Shown: piece after piece, positions 1 through 9,874 of the stretch
How the letters are laid out: each line of letters opens with the position of its first letter
Position numbering within the stretch: position 1 is the stretch's first letter
Assembly (NCBI GenBank): GCA_012960245.1
Contig: DUBO01000056.1
Coordinates: 40,859 to 104,858, forward strand
Reading direction: 5' to 3'
Length of the DNA stretch: 64,000 bases
Origin: Candidatus Binatota bacterium
GTDB lineage: Bacteria > Desulfobacterota > Binatia > UBA1149
Position numbers and translations under genes: made by a program
Notes under the pieces: model-generated
What the model was told of the DNA's origin: nothing
Databases searched by the model: none
What the model saw: only the letters and a program-made list of their open reading frames with translations

Positions 1-365
1 GAAGCAGCCACGGCCTGGTACACTGGATTTGCCTTTATACGTTCGGCCACCGTGTTGTCGTCAGCGAGGCGATCGACCATCCGATCAAAGGTGCCGCTGG
101 TGTCCAGGCGCAGGGCGTGTAACGAGCCGGTTTTGCCGCTGTCGGGCTCCCCGTTACCCACCAGCAGTGGCTCGTCGCCCAGTCGATCCAACCCCAGCGC
201 GTCGGCCAGGCGTGGGGCGGGGTCTATGGTCATTACTGCCACGCGTAGGCCCGAGAGGCTGGCCTTCAAGGCAGTGGCGGCAGCGAGTGTGGTCTTGCCC
301 ACGCCACCCTCACCGGCGAACACCAGTAGCCTCGGTCGGGCTGTACCGGGGTCGGTCACGCTCAC
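1..365 (-). CDS. ArsA/GET3-family P-loop ATPase, N-terminal part only (gene runs off the left window edge)
   Basis: Hand translation of the minus strand from GTG at 365 gives [59 protein letters not shown]... It has a GxGGVGKTT P-loop and a TIDPA motif, and stays open to position 1. The GTG overlaps the stop of the upstream ORF as GTGA. Not in the ORF track because it is truncated. Confidence 0.6.
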   Translation of the reverse strand, partial: MSVTDPGTARPRLLVFAGEGGVGKTTLAAATALKASLSGLRVAVMTIDPAPRLADALGLDRLGDEPLLVGNGEPDSGKTGSLHALRLDTSGTFDRMVDRLADDNTVAERIKANPVYQAVAA

Positions 366-1237
366 GAGAACGCCCCCAGCACCCGTCCGCTGAGTCGCTC
401 GGCGGCAGCCATCCTTTGGTTACCGGGCTGCTGACCGTTACCGCCGAATAGAAAGGGGATTACAATGGCGTTGCGCCGGGCGTTCTCCAGTTGTTCCAGC
501 ACACGGGCGTGGCGCTCGGCGCGCGCCTGCTGCCAGCGTGCCGGTAGCAGCGCGGGGTCATCGTCGGCCGCCTGTTGCAGCCATGCGAGTTGCGCCGGGT
601 TGGCGTGCAGCGGGTAAACAGCGTTGAGCACCGGGGGGAGGGCGGCCACGCCCAGCTCGGCCAGCTCGGTACTCAGCAACTGCGACTCGTTGAGCGAGAA
701 ATCTTCGGGCGTGCTCACCACCAACGACCTGAAGCGCCGGGGGTCGGTTAGCAGCTGTTCGAGTTTGCGCGCCGCTCCGGCGATGGCGCCCGAGGAGGCC
801 AGGCCCAGCACCGTCTGTGGCGATCGCAACAGGGCCGCCGCGTGGCCAGAAGACGGCCCGTCGACAACAACCAGACCCTTGGGCAGGCGCGAACCGATCT
901 GCTCTATCCACGCCAGGGTGACCAGCTCGGTCACGCCGGGGGCGGCCTCTGCCACGGCCCTGAAGCTGCTGCTGTCGAGGAGGCGGTCGGCGATAAATCC
1001 CAGGCGGAACAGTGACGCCAGCAGGTCGCGCAGGGCTGTGCGGCGGTCGAGCACAAGAGTGCGGGTCGCAGTAGGCTTATGTGGCTCGCCGTCGACATTG
1101 CCGGTTTTATCCCGGTCGTCGAGCGATAGCCTGAGCACCGGGATGCCGCGGCGCCGGGCACCCTCGGCGAGCAGTTCGGCCAGCAGGGTCTTGCCGCAGC
1201 CGCCCTTGCCCGTGAGGTATACAAAGCGCGCGGCCAC
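362..1237 (-). CDS. ArsA/ParA-like P-loop ATPase (291 aa)
   Basis: ORF track. N-terminal deviant Walker [14 protein letters not shown], and ArsA-like length and layout. Translationally coupled to the downstream ArsA-like gene. Confidence 0.6.
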   Translation of the reverse strand: MAARFVYLTGKGGCGKTLLAELLAEGARRRGIPVLRLSLDDRDKTGNVDGEPHKPTATRTLVLDRRTALRDLLASLFRLGFIADRLLDSSSFRAVAEAAPGVTELVTLAWIEQIGSRLPKGLVVVDGPSSGHAAALLRSPQTVLGLASSGAIAGAARKLEQLLTDPRRFRSLVVSTPEDFSLNESQLLSTELAELGVAALPPVLNAVYPLHANPAQLAWLQQAADDDPALLPARWQQARAERHARVLEQLENARRNAIVIPFLFGGNGQQPGNQRMAAAERLSGRVLGAFS

Positions 1238-1305
1238 CCGTTGTCATTAGTAGACCCGGGCGCGCCCTGCAATCGGGGCCCGTGCATGGGTGGTATTGTC
1301 CGCTT

Positions 1306-1333
1306 GTGGTTTATCGCGCGGCTGATAAACCAC
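1306..1333. promoter_or_regulatory. Perfect 10-bp inverted repeat GTGGTTTATC-N8-GATAAACCAC, 33 nt upstream of the glpK ATG
   Basis: Read directly from the sequence in the divergent ArsA-like/glpK spacer. Could be an operator for a dimeric regulator or a 5' UTR hairpin. Confidence 0.45.
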
Positions 1334-1365
1334 GTTCCGGGCGCCCGGCAGCTGGAGGACGAACA

Positions 1366-2838
1366 ATGTCGCGATTCGTAATGGCCATAGACCAGGGAAC
1401 CACCGGTTCTACAGTGATGGTGTTCGACGGGCGCGGGCGCGTGCGCTCACGCGTGTACTCCGAGTTCACCCAGTACTACCCACGCCCCGCCTGGGTGGAG
1501 CACGACGCCGAGCAGATCTGGAAGGTGACCCGAGGCCTGCTGGCGCGCGCTTGTCGCAAGGCCGACATCAAGCCTTCTGCGTTGGCAGCTATAGGCATAA
1601 CCAACCAACGCGAGACGACAGTTGTTTGGGACAGGCAGACCGGGGAGCCCATTCACCGGGCCATTGTCTGGCAGGACCGGCGCACGGCGGATCACTGCCG
1701 CCGCCTTGAGTCCGACGGACTCCTGCCCGAGGTCAGAAAACGAACAGGCCTGGTGCTCGACCCGTACTTCTCGGGCAGCAAGGTTGCGTGGATACTCGAT
1801 CACGTCAGGGGCGCGCGGCGCAGGGCCGAGCGCGGCGAACTGGCCTTCGGCACCATCGATTCCTGGCTGATCTACAAGCTCACCGGCGGCCGCGTGCACG
1901 CCACCGATTACACCAACGCTTCGCGCACCATGCTTTTCAACATCCGTCGCCGTCGCTGGGACGCCACCCTTTGCCGGGCGCTGGGCGTGCCCATGGAGAT
2001 GCTGCCCGAGGTGCACCCATCCTCGGGCGTGTTCGGCACGACGGTACTCTCGGGCGCCGAGATACCCATAGCGGGCGTGGCCGGCGACCAGCAGGCTGCG
2101 CTGTACGGGCAGGCCTGCTTTCGTCCGGGCATGATAAAGAACACTTACGGCACGGGTTGCTTCATGCTCATGTACACCGGCGACAAGCCGGTGACTTCAC
2201 GCAACCGCCTGCTCACGACCATGGCCTGCGCACCCGACGGTGGCCCCGCCTACGCGCTTGAGGGCTCGGTGTTCATAGCCGGCGCGGCCGTGCAGTGGCT
2301 CAGGGACGGGCTGGGCCTGTTGAAGAACGCGGCCGATTCGGAGGCCGCCGCCCGCCGCGTGGATTCAACACTGGGCACCTACCTGGTGCCGGCCTTCACG
2401 GGCCTGGGCGCGCCCTACTGGGACCCCGACGCGCGCGGAGCGCTGGTGGGGCTCACCCGCGGGGTGACGGCTGACCATGTCATACGCGCCACGCTCGAGT
2501 CGCTGGCCTACCAGTCGCGGGATCTCGCCGACGCCATGGCGGCCGACGCCGGTCGCAAACCCAGGGTGCTGCGCGTTGACGGCGGCGCGGCAGCCAATGA
2601 TTTTCTCATGCAGTTCCAGGCTGACCTGCTCGGTGGCTCGGTGGACAGGCCCAGGGTGGTTGAGACCACCGCAGTCGGGGCGGCCTTCCTGGCGGGTCGC
2701 GCAACGGGTGTGTGGAAGGGGGCGGCTGACATAGAGGCCGCGCGCAGCACCGACCGCGTGTTTCGGCCCTCGATGAAGCCGGCCCGCCGCCGAGAGCTCT
2801 ACGAGGGCTGGGAGCAGGCCGTCGCCCGCGTGCGCTGA
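1366..2838 (+). CDS. glpK: Glycerol kinase
   Basis: ORF 1282..2838. The internal ATG at 1366 is preceded by GGAGGA and starts [21 protein letters not shown] (FGGY kinase N-terminus). GlpK-like over the full length ([21 protein letters not shown]). Confidence 0.95.
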   Translation: MSRFVMAIDQGTTGSTVMVFDGRGRVRSRVYSEFTQYYPRPAWVEHDAEQIWKVTRGLLARACRKADIKPSALAAIGITNQRETTVVWDRQTGEPIHRAIVWQDRRTADHCRRLESDGLLPEVRKRTGLVLDPYFSGSKVAWILDHVRGARRRAERGELAFGTIDSWLIYKLTGGRVHATDYTNASRTMLFNIRRRRWDATLCRALGVPMEMLPEVHPSSGVFGTTVLSGAEIPIAGVAGDQQAALYGQACFRPGMIKNTYGTGCFMLMYTGDKPVTSRNRLLTTMACAPDGGPAYALEGSVFIAGAAVQWLRDGLGLLKNAADSEAAARRVDSTLGTYLVPAFTGLGAPYWDPDARGALVGLTRGVTADHVIRATLESLAYQSRDLADAMAADAGRKPRVLRVDGGAAANDFLMQFQADLLGGSVDRPRVVETTAVGAAFLAGRATGVWKGAADIEAARSTDRVFRPSMKPARRRELYEGWEQAVARVR

Positions 2839-2847
2839 AGCCCCGCC

Positions 2848-2875
2848 TTGCCAAACACGGGCGTACAGGTATAAA
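2848..2875 (+). promoter_or_regulatory. Candidate sigma70 promoter for rpmE (TTGCCA-N16-TATAAA)
   Basis: The hexamers read directly from the sequence. The following leader contains GCCCGGT...ACCGGGC and CCACCC-TTG-GGGTGG hairpins. Confidence 0.45.
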
Positions 2876-2949
2876 TGCCCGGTCATGCACGAGCACCGGG
2901 CCCACCCTTGGGGTGGCTGCGGCGGCCCGGTTTTACGGAGAAGATTACG

Positions 2950-3156
2950 GTGAAGGCTGAAATACACCCCGAGTACAACGAGATAGAGGTTGTCTGCGCC
3001 TGCGGCAATACTTTTACGACCCGCTCAACGATCGACAAGATTCACGTCGAAATCTGCTCGGCCTGCCACCCCTTCTACACCGGTCAGCAGAAGATCGTCG
3101 ATACGGCGGGTCGCGTTGAGCGCTTCCGCCGCCGTTACGGCATGGACAAGAAGTAA
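2950..3156 (+). CDS. rpmE: 50S ribosomal protein L31
   Basis: ORF 2875..3156. GTG at 2950 follows GGAGAAG and gives [28 protein letters not shown]...[13 protein letters not shown], the canonical L31 with its CxxC pairs. Confidence 0.9.
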   Translation: MKAEIHPEYNEIEVVCACGNTFTTRSTIDKIHVEICSACHPFYTGQQKIVDTAGRVERFRRRYGMDKK

Positions 3157-3189
3157 CCCTGCCCGCCGGGCCGGGATGCACGACCCGCC

Positions 3190-4260
3190 ATGTTCGATCG
3201 GCTCAAAGCCATCGAGGGACGCTTCGACGAACTGGAGCAGCTGCTCGCCTCGCCCGAGGTGGTGCAGGATCGCGCCCGTTACACTGATCTCTCCCGCGAG
3301 CACGCCGAGTTGCGCGAGCTGGTGGAGCTGTCGCGACAGCGCAGCCGCGCGGCGGTTGAGCTCGAAGAGGCACAGGCCCTGGCCGCCGACACCGACGCCG
3401 ACCTGGCCGCCATGGCCGGTGAGGAGGGTGGGCGCCTGGGTGCGCTGGTAGAGGACCTCGAGGCACGCATAAAGGTCCTGCTCGTGCCCAGTGATCCGGT
3501 CGACCGGCGCAACGCGGTGCTCGAGGTACGTGCCGGTACCGGCGGCGACGAGGCGGCCCTGTTTGCCGGTGACCTGTTGAGAATGTACGAGCGTTACGCC
3601 GAGCGTCGCGGTTGGAAGGTCGAATCATTGTCGGCCAACTCCGGTTCCAAGGGCGGCATAAAAGAAGCCGTGGTTAACGTGCTGGGTCGCGATGCCTACG
3701 GTTGCCTGCGTCGCGAGGCGGGCGTGCACCGGGTGCAGAGGGTGCCCGAAACCGAGTCGCAGGGGCGCATACATACCTCGGCCGTAACCGTGGCGGTGCT
3801 GCCCGAGGCCGAACCGCTGGACCTCAAGGTGGCCGACAACGACATACGCGTGGATGTATACCGTTCCTCTGGCCCCGGCGGGCAGTCGGTCAACACCACC
3901 GACTCGGCGGTGCGGCTTACGCACGAGCCCACCGGCCTGGTGGTGACCTGCCAGGACGAGAAATCCCAGCACAAGAACAAGGCCAGAGCCATGAAGATAC
4001 TTCTGGCCCGCCTGTTCGACCTCGAGGAGCAGAAGCGCCATCAGGCGCAGGCCGCCGACCGCCGCGCCATGGTGGGCAGCGGTGACCGTTCGGAGAGAGT
4101 ACGCACCTACAATTTCCCCCAGGGCCGCATCAGCGACCACCGCATCGGAATGACCGTGCATAACCTCGAAGCTTTTCTCGACGGCGAGATCGACGATGTC
4201 GTCGACGCCCTGGCCGCCGCCGAGCAGGCTGCGCGCCTGGTGGCGGAGGACGGCTCGTGA
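3190..4260 (+). CDS. prfA: Peptide chain release factor 1
   Basis: 356 aa. GGQ motif (SSGPGGQSVNTTDSAVRLTH) and an RF1-type RVPETESQGRIHTSA tripeptide region. Confidence 0.95.
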   Translation: MFDRLKAIEGRFDELEQLLASPEVVQDRARYTDLSREHAELRELVELSRQRSRAAVELEEAQALAADTDADLAAMAGEEGGRLGALVEDLEARIKVLLVPSDPVDRRNAVLEVRAGTGGDEAALFAGDLLRMYERYAERRGWKVESLSANSGSKGGIKEAVVNVLGRDAYGCLRREAGVHRVQRVPETESQGRIHTSAVTVAVLPEAEPLDLKVADNDIRVDVYRSSGPGGQSVNTTDSAVRLTHEPTGLVVTCQDEKSQHKNKARAMKILLARLFDLEEQKRHQAQAADRRAMVGSGDRSERVRTYNFPQGRISDHRIGMTVHNLEAFLDGEIDDVVDALAAAEQAARLVAEDGS

Positions 4261-5153
4261 GCGGCGCTGGCGCCACTGGCAAGAGCGCGGCGCCACCCAG
4301 GCTGCTTGGCGAGTACCTCGCGGTTACCACTGATTTCCTGGAGGGGAAGGGCATAGAGAGTCCGCGTATAGACGCCGAGCTCATGCTGGCCACGGCGCTG
4401 GGCATGACACGGGTGGAGCTCTACACCAACCATGAGCGACCGCTGGCTGCCGACGAGGTGGGACGTTACCGCGAGATGGTCAAACGTCGCGCCGGCCGCG
4501 AGCCGGTACACTACATAGTGGGCTCGCGTGAATTCTGGTCGCTGGATTTTCGCGTCGACCGGCGCGTGCTGATTCCCAGGCCCGAGACCGAGCTGCTGGT
4601 GGAGCTGGCCGTGGAGTTCTTGAGGGCCCGCGATCCCGGTGCCCGCCTGCTCGACCTGGGCACCGGCTCGGGGGCCCTGGCCATATCTGTTGCCAGCGAA
4701 ATAGCCGACCTACATGTTCTTGCAACCGACACGTCGGCTTCGGTGCTCGAACTGGCGCCCGTGAATGCCCAGGCCCATTCGGTGGCAGACAGGATAGAGT
4801 TCTGCCGCGGCGATCTTTTTGCCGCCGTGGCCGAAGATAGCCAACCCTTTGACCTGCTGCTGAGCAACCCACCTTACGTCACAAGCGAGGAGTACGGCGG
4901 CTTGCAGCCCGAAGTACGACAGTGGGAGCCCATGACGGCGCTGGTCGGTGGTGACGACGGCATGTCGGTGGTCGGTCGCCTGGTAGACGAGGCGCCTGCT
5001 TACCTCAAAGGCGACGGGCAACTGATGGTAGAAGTGGGCAGCCAGTGGAGGCAGGTGGTCGAACGCTTCGAGGCCGGCGGCTGGCGCGACTTACAGCTCA
5101 AGCGCGATCTCGCGGGCCGCGAGAGGGTGGTAACTGGCATCAGGCCCGACTGA
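4257..5153 (+). CDS. prmC: Release-factor glutamine N5-methyltransferase (HemK/PrmC)
   Basis: NPPY motif (LLLSNPPYV) and SAM-binding LLDLGTGSGA. The GTG start overlaps the prfA stop (GTGA), the classic prfA-prmC linkage. Confidence 0.85.
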   Translation: MSGAGATGKSAAPPRLLGEYLAVTTDFLEGKGIESPRIDAELMLATALGMTRVELYTNHERPLAADEVGRYREMVKRRAGREPVHYIVGSREFWSLDFRVDRRVLIPRPETELLVELAVEFLRARDPGARLLDLGTGSGALAISVASEIADLHVLATDTSASVLELAPVNAQAHSVADRIEFCRGDLFAAVAEDSQPFDLLLSNPPYVTSEEYGGLQPEVRQWEPMTALVGGDDGMSVVGRLVDEAPAYLKGDGQLMVEVGSQWRQVVERFEAGGWRDLQLKRDLAGRERVVTGIRPD

Positions 5154-5170
5154 AGAGCGATCGAGTGGAC

Positions 5171-6433
5171 ATGATACGCATACAGGGAGGGCGCAGGCTC
5201 AAGGGCAGTGTGGAGGTGGCGGGTTCCAAGAACGCGGCGCTGCCGCTGCTGTTTGCCTGCCTGCTCAGCGACGACGACTGTCACCTCACGGGCTTGCCCA
5301 ACGTGGCCGACATACGCACGGCTGCGCGCTTGCTCGAGCGCCTGGGCGCGAGCGTTGAGCGCCACGACCCCTCGAGCATGACCATCAACTGCTCGGGAGT
5401 CGACCAGTGGGAGGCCCCCTACGACCTGGTGCGGACCATGCGAGCGTCGTTTCTCGTGCTGGGCCCGTTGCTGGCCCGCTTCGGTCGCGCGCGCGTGTCG
5501 ATGCCCGGCGGCTGTGCCATAGGCGCCCGGCCGGTGGATGTGCACCTGTCGGCCTTGCGGCTGATGGGTGCGCGCATAGAGACCGTGCGCGGCTACGAGG
5601 AGGCTTCGGTCGATGGGCTCAAGGGCGCGCACATCATACTGGAGAAACCCTCGGTGGGCGCCACCGAGAACCTGCTCATGGCTGCCAGCCTTGCGCGTGG
5701 TAGCACCCGCCTGGAAAACGCCGCGCGCGAACCCGAGGTCGTTGACCTGGCCCGTGCGCTCCAGAAAATGGGCGCGAACATATCGGGCGCTGGTTCGTCG
5801 GTAGTAGAGATAGAGGGCGTGGAGCGGCTGGGGGGTATGACTCACCGGGTTATACCCGACCGAATAGAGGCCGGTACCTTCCTGATAGCGGCGGCAATGA
5901 CGAGGGGCGAAGTAACGGTGAAAGGCGCTCGCGCGGACGACCTGCGCGAGCTCGTAACGGCTCTGGAAAGCGCCGGCGTGGTGCTGCGCGATAATGGCGA
6001 CGGTATGACCGCGCGCTGCGACAAGCGGCCCTCGGCAGTAAACGTGTCCACCGCGCCGCACCCCGGTTTTGCCACCGACCTGCAGGCCCAGTTCATGGCG
6101 CTCATGTGCTTGGCCGACGGCGAGGCGATCGTGACCGAGAACATCTTTGAGAACCGCTTCATGCACGTCAGTGAGCTACAGCGTATGGGCGCCGACATCA
6201 CGCTGTCGGGCAACAGCGCGTTGGTCAGAGGTCGGGTGAGCCTGAGTGGCGCAGCGGTGATGGCCACCGATCTCAGGGCCAGCGTGAGCATGGTGCTCGC
6301 AGGCCTGGCCGGCGACTACCAGACCGACGTACTCAGGGTCTACCACTTGGACCGTGGCTACGAGCGTATAGAAGAAAAGCTGAGAACCCTGGGTGCCGAC
6401 GTCGAGCGCGTGGACATGGAAGGGCCGTACTGA
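5171..6433 (+). CDS. murA: UDP-N-acetylglucosamine 1-carboxyvinyltransferase
   Basis: ORF 5045..6433. The internal ATG at 5171 gives MIRIQGGRRLKGSVEVAGSKNAALPLL. The 42 codons upstream overlap prmC and look non-homologous. Confidence 0.95.
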   Translation: MIRIQGGRRLKGSVEVAGSKNAALPLLFACLLSDDDCHLTGLPNVADIRTAARLLERLGASVERHDPSSMTINCSGVDQWEAPYDLVRTMRASFLVLGPLLARFGRARVSMPGGCAIGARPVDVHLSALRLMGARIETVRGYEEASVDGLKGAHIILEKPSVGATENLLMAASLARGSTRLENAAREPEVVDLARALQKMGANISGAGSSVVEIEGVERLGGMTHRVIPDRIEAGTFLIAAAMTRGEVTVKGARADDLRELVTALESAGVVLRDNGDGMTARCDKRPSAVNVSTAPHPGFATDLQAQFMALMCLADGEAIVTENIFENRFMHVSELQRMGADITLSGNSALVRGRVSLSGAAVMATDLRASVSMVLAGLAGDYQTDVLRVYHLDRGYERIEEKLRTLGADVERVDMEGPY

Positions 6434-6457
6434 CACGGGCACTGAAACGGAGCGACA

Positions 6458-7831
6458 ATGATTATTGAACCGCTGATAGACGGAGGTGCTGCTGCCACGA
6501 AACGCCTGCGTCTGCTCGAAGGCCGGCACGCGCAGGGCGGGTCGGTGGAGCGCGACGTGGTGGCCATCATCGCCGGCGTGCGCCGCGGGGGCGACCGCGC
6601 TGTAGCTCGCTACACCAGGAAGTTCGACGGTGTAACGTTGGCCGCCGACGGTTTTGAGGTCGGGCGCGACGAGATCGCCGAGGCGCTGGCGTCGCTGCCG
6701 GCGTCGCTGAGGGCGGCCCTGCGTGCGGCTCACCGCCGCATAGTGGCGTTTCACAAACCGCAGCTGGCGCGTGGCTACGAGCTGCGCGAGGGCGACACCC
6801 GCAACTCGGTTCGCGTGCTGCCGTTGGCCCGCGTGGGAGTCTACGCACCCGGTGGCCGTGCTGCCTACCCGTCCACTGTGTTGATGAACGTGGTGCCGGC
6901 GCGCGTGGCGGGTGTAGACGAGGTGGTCATGGCGACCCCGCCGGGGCCGGGGGGCACGGTGGAGCCAGCCGTGCTCGCTGCTGCTGCCATAGCCGGCGTC
7001 GACCGCGTCTTTCGCGTGGGCGGTGCCCAGGCCATCGCCGCGCTGGCGCTCGGCACCGACAGCATCGCGCGCGTGGACAAGATCGTGGGCCCGGGCAACA
7101 TCTACGTGGCTACGGCCAAGCGTCTGCTCTTCGGCAAGGTCGATATCGACATGATCGCGGGTCCCACCGAGGTGTTGATCATAGCCGACGGAAGCGCGCG
7201 TGCCGACTACGTGGCAGCTGACATGCTGGCCCAGGCCGAGCACGATCCCTTGGCCGCCTCTGTGTGCATCACCACCAGCCGGCGCATGGCTGCTGCCGTG
7301 GCGAAGCAGCTCGAAAGCCAGCTCGCCGGGTTGGAGCGTCGAGCAATCGCCGCGGCGTCGTTGAAGAAGTACGGCAGCATACTGGTGGTCAAGTCACTCG
7401 CACGGGCCGTGGAGTTGGCCAACGAGATCGCTCCCGAGCACCTCGAGGTGATGACCGCCGCGCCGCGCGAACTGTTGGGCGGATTGCGTAACGCGGGGGC
7501 TATCTTCCTCGGTGCGATGAGCAGCGAGCCTTTCGGCGACTACGCGGCCGGCCCCAACCACGTGCTGCCCACCGGCGGTTCGGCGCGCTTTGCTTCGCCC
7601 CTGGGAGTGTATGATTTCGTCAAGCGCAGCAGTATTATTGACATGGGCGTGGGTGGCGTGGGCGCGATAGGCCCCACGGTGCTGCGCCTCGCGGAGGCCG
7701 AGGGATTGACGGCCCACGCCGCCGCGGTCCGCCTGCGCCTGGACGACGTTGCCGGTAAACCGGCGGCGAAAAAAAAAGCGGCGGCAACGAAAAAGCAGCG
7801 GTCGGGCAGCGGCCGCAAGGGAGGAAGGTAA
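6458..7831 (+). CDS. hisD: Histidinol dehydrogenase with a Lys/Ala-rich C-terminal tail
   Basis: 457 aa. HisD motifs QAEHD and GDYAAGPNHVLPTGG. The last 26 aa are AGKPAAKKKAAATKKQRSGSGRKGGR. Confidence 0.95.
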   Translation: MIIEPLIDGGAAATKRLRLLEGRHAQGGSVERDVVAIIAGVRRGGDRAVARYTRKFDGVTLAADGFEVGRDEIAEALASLPASLRAALRAAHRRIVAFHKPQLARGYELREGDTRNSVRVLPLARVGVYAPGGRAAYPSTVLMNVVPARVAGVDEVVMATPPGPGGTVEPAVLAAAAIAGVDRVFRVGGAQAIAALALGTDSIARVDKIVGPGNIYVATAKRLLFGKVDIDMIAGPTEVLIIADGSARADYVAADMLAQAEHDPLAASVCITTSRRMAAAVAKQLESQLAGLERRAIAAASLKKYGSILVVKSLARAVELANEIAPEHLEVMTAAPRELLGGLRNAGAIFLGAMSSEPFGDYAAGPNHVLPTGGSARFASPLGVYDFVKRSSIIDMGVGGVGAIGPTVLRLAEAEGLTAHAAAVRLRLDDVAGKPAAKKKAAATKKQRSGSGRKGGR

Positions 7832-8449
7832 GTGGCGACCAGCAGTCGAAAGACAGGTATCCGCCGGGCAAAGGTAACGCGACAGACCGGCGAGACCAGC
7901 ATAAACGTTGACCTCGTACTTGACGGCAGCGGCAAGGGCTCTATCGATTCCGGCGTACCGTTTCTCGACCACATGCTCGACTCGCTGTCACGGCACAGCC
8001 TGATCGACCTCAAGGTCAAGGCCACGGGCGATCTGCACGTCGACGCTCACCACACCGTCGAAGACGTGGGCCTGGCGCTGGGCCAGGCCATCGACAAGGC
8101 CCTGGGTGACAGGGCCGGCATCGTACGCTACGGCCACGCCGAAATTCCCCTGGACGAGGCACTGGTGGCGGTCACCGTCGATCTAGGCGGTCGCCCCTTC
8201 ATGGTCTACGACTTGAAGATACGCCAGCACCGAGTGGGCGACTTCGAGGTCGATCTCGTCAACGACTTCATGCAGGCGCTGATGAACGAGGCCCGCATGA
8301 ACCTCCACATTAACAAGCGCTACGGTCGCAATGCCCACCACCTGATCGAGGCCACCTTCAAGGCGCTCGCGAGAGCGTTGGGGCAGGCCTGTGCGCGCGA
8401 CCCCAGGGTAAAGGGCGTCCCTTCCACCAAGGGCCGGTTACGGGGATGA
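7832..8449 (+). CDS. hisB: Imidazoleglycerol-phosphate dehydratase
   Basis: 205 aa. RETGETSINV-like start and a VDAHHTVEDVG metal-binding motif. GTG start immediately after the hisD stop, with GGAGGA inside the hisD tail. Confidence 0.9.
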   Translation: MATSSRKTGIRRAKVTRQTGETSINVDLVLDGSGKGSIDSGVPFLDHMLDSLSRHSLIDLKVKATGDLHVDAHHTVEDVGLALGQAIDKALGDRAGIVRYGHAEIPLDEALVAVTVDLGGRPFMVYDLKIRQHRVGDFEVDLVNDFMQALMNEARMNLHINKRYGRNAHHLIEATFKALARALGQACARDPRVKGVPSTKGRLRG

Positions 8450-8485
8450 CCGGCGCGGGGATCACCGGCGCGGGGATGACCGGCG
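8441..8485. repeat. 3 x 15-bp tandem repeat CGGGGAT(G/C)ACCGGCG spanning the hisB stop and the hisB-hisH spacer
   Basis: Units at 8441-8455, 8456-8470 and 8471-8485. Units 1 and 3 are identical and unit 2 differs by one base (TGA to TCA). Confidence 0.9.
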
Positions 8486-8486
8486 G

Positions 8487-9110
8487 GTGATAGCGGTCGT
8501 CGACTACGGCGTTGGCAACCTGCGCAGCGTTGCCAAGGCGCTTGAGAAGGTAGGCGCAAGCGTGCGCGTGACCTCGAGCGCTTCGGATCTGGCCGACGCA
8601 CAGGCGGTGGTGCTGCCCGGCGTGGGCGCGTTTGCTCGTTGCATGGGTAACCTCGAGGAGGCCGGGCTGCGCGAGGCCGTGTGCCGGGCGGCGACCTCGG
8701 GCAAGCCTTTCCTGGGCATATGCGTGGGCATGCAGATCCTCTTTGATCACAGCGACGAGTTCGGCCGGGTAGAGGGGCTGGGCCTGCTGCCGGGCCACGT
8801 GAGCCGCTTCGAGGGCCTGCCCCGGGAGCTCAAGGTGCCGCACATGGGTTGGAACGAGATCAAGCTGCGCGGTGCTTCTCCTTACTTTGAAGGCATAGCC
8901 GACAACGAGCGATTTTACTTTGTGCACAGCTACCGAGTGCTCAGCGACAACGAGCAGGTGGTGGCTGCTGCTTGTGACTACGGCGGTAGTTTTGTCGCCG
9001 CCGCGGCGCGCGACAACCTGCTAGCGACCCAGTTTCACCCCGAAAAAAGCCAATCGGCCGGGCTGCGCCTGTTGGCCAACTTCGTGGGCACGGCCGGCGA
9101 GAATTCCTGA
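8487..9110 (+). CDS. hisH: Imidazole glycerol phosphate synthase, glutamine amidotransferase subunit
   Basis: 207 aa. IAVVDYGVGNLRSV start and the class-I GATase nucleophile GICVGMQ. GTG start. Confidence 0.9.
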   Translation: MIAVVDYGVGNLRSVAKALEKVGASVRVTSSASDLADAQAVVLPGVGAFARCMGNLEEAGLREAVCRAATSGKPFLGICVGMQILFDHSDEFGRVEGLGLLPGHVSRFEGLPRELKVPHMGWNEIKLRGASPYFEGIADNERFYFVHSYRVLSDNEQVVAAACDYGGSFVAAAARDNLLATQFHPEKSQSAGLRLLANFVGTAGENS

Positions 9111-9111
9111 C

Positions 9112-9849
9112 GTGCTGGTACTGCCGGCCATAGACATACGCGCTGGGCGTTGCGTGCGCCTGCTCAGGGGCGACTACGAGCAAGAGACCGTTTTTTCCGA
9201 CGACCCGGCGGCCATGGCCCAACGTTGGATAGACGAGGGCGCGCGAGCCCTGCACCTGGTTGACCTTGATGGCGCCCGCGGTGCGGGAGATGACAACCAG
9301 CGGGCGGTAGAAGCCATACTCGCGGTGGTCGCAGGCGCGGGCGACGATTTTATTACCGAACTTGGCGGCGGCATACGCGACCTGGTTACGGTGGAGCGCT
9401 GGCTGGAGGCTGGCGTGGGGCGGGTGATACTGGGCACGGTGGCTGTCCGTGCCCCCGACATCGTTGAGCAGGCTGCGCGCCGATGGCCGGGGCGGGTCTG
9501 GGTTGGGATCGACGCTCGCTCGGGTCGCGTGGCGGTCGACGGTTGGCTCAACGACGGTGGTTGCGACGCGCTCGAGCTGGCCATGGCCATGCAGGACGCC
9601 GGTGTGGCCGGCATTGTCTACACCGACATCGACCGCGACGGAACCGGCGACGGCGTCAATGCGGAGGCCACCGCGCGACTGGCGCGGTCGGTAACCGTAC
9701 CCGTGGTGGCATCGGGTGGTGTGCACGGCGTGGCCGACGTTGAGCGTCTCCGGGAGGTCGCCGGCAGCGGCATAGATGGCGTGGTGGTCGGGCGCGCGTT
9801 GTACGACGGCGCGGTAACGCTGGCCAGACTGACGGAGGCCGCCGGCTGA
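9112..9849 (+). CDS. hisA: ProFAR isomerase (1-(5-phosphoribosyl)-5-[(5-phosphoribosylamino)methylideneamino]imidazole-4-carboxamide isomerase)
   Basis: 245 aa. [22 protein letters not shown]-barrel HisA pattern, GTG start. Confidence 0.9.
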   Translation: MLVLPAIDIRAGRCVRLLRGDYEQETVFSDDPAAMAQRWIDEGARALHLVDLDGARGAGDDNQRAVEAILAVVAGAGDDFITELGGGIRDLVTVERWLEAGVGRVILGTVAVRAPDIVEQAARRWPGRVWVGIDARSGRVAVDGWLNDGGCDALELAMAMQDAGVAGIVYTDIDRDGTGDGVNAEATARLARSVTVPVVASGGVHGVADVERLREVAGSGIDGVVVGRALYDGAVTLARLTEAAG

Positions 9850-9874
9850 TACCGGCCGCGAGTACCGATACCCG

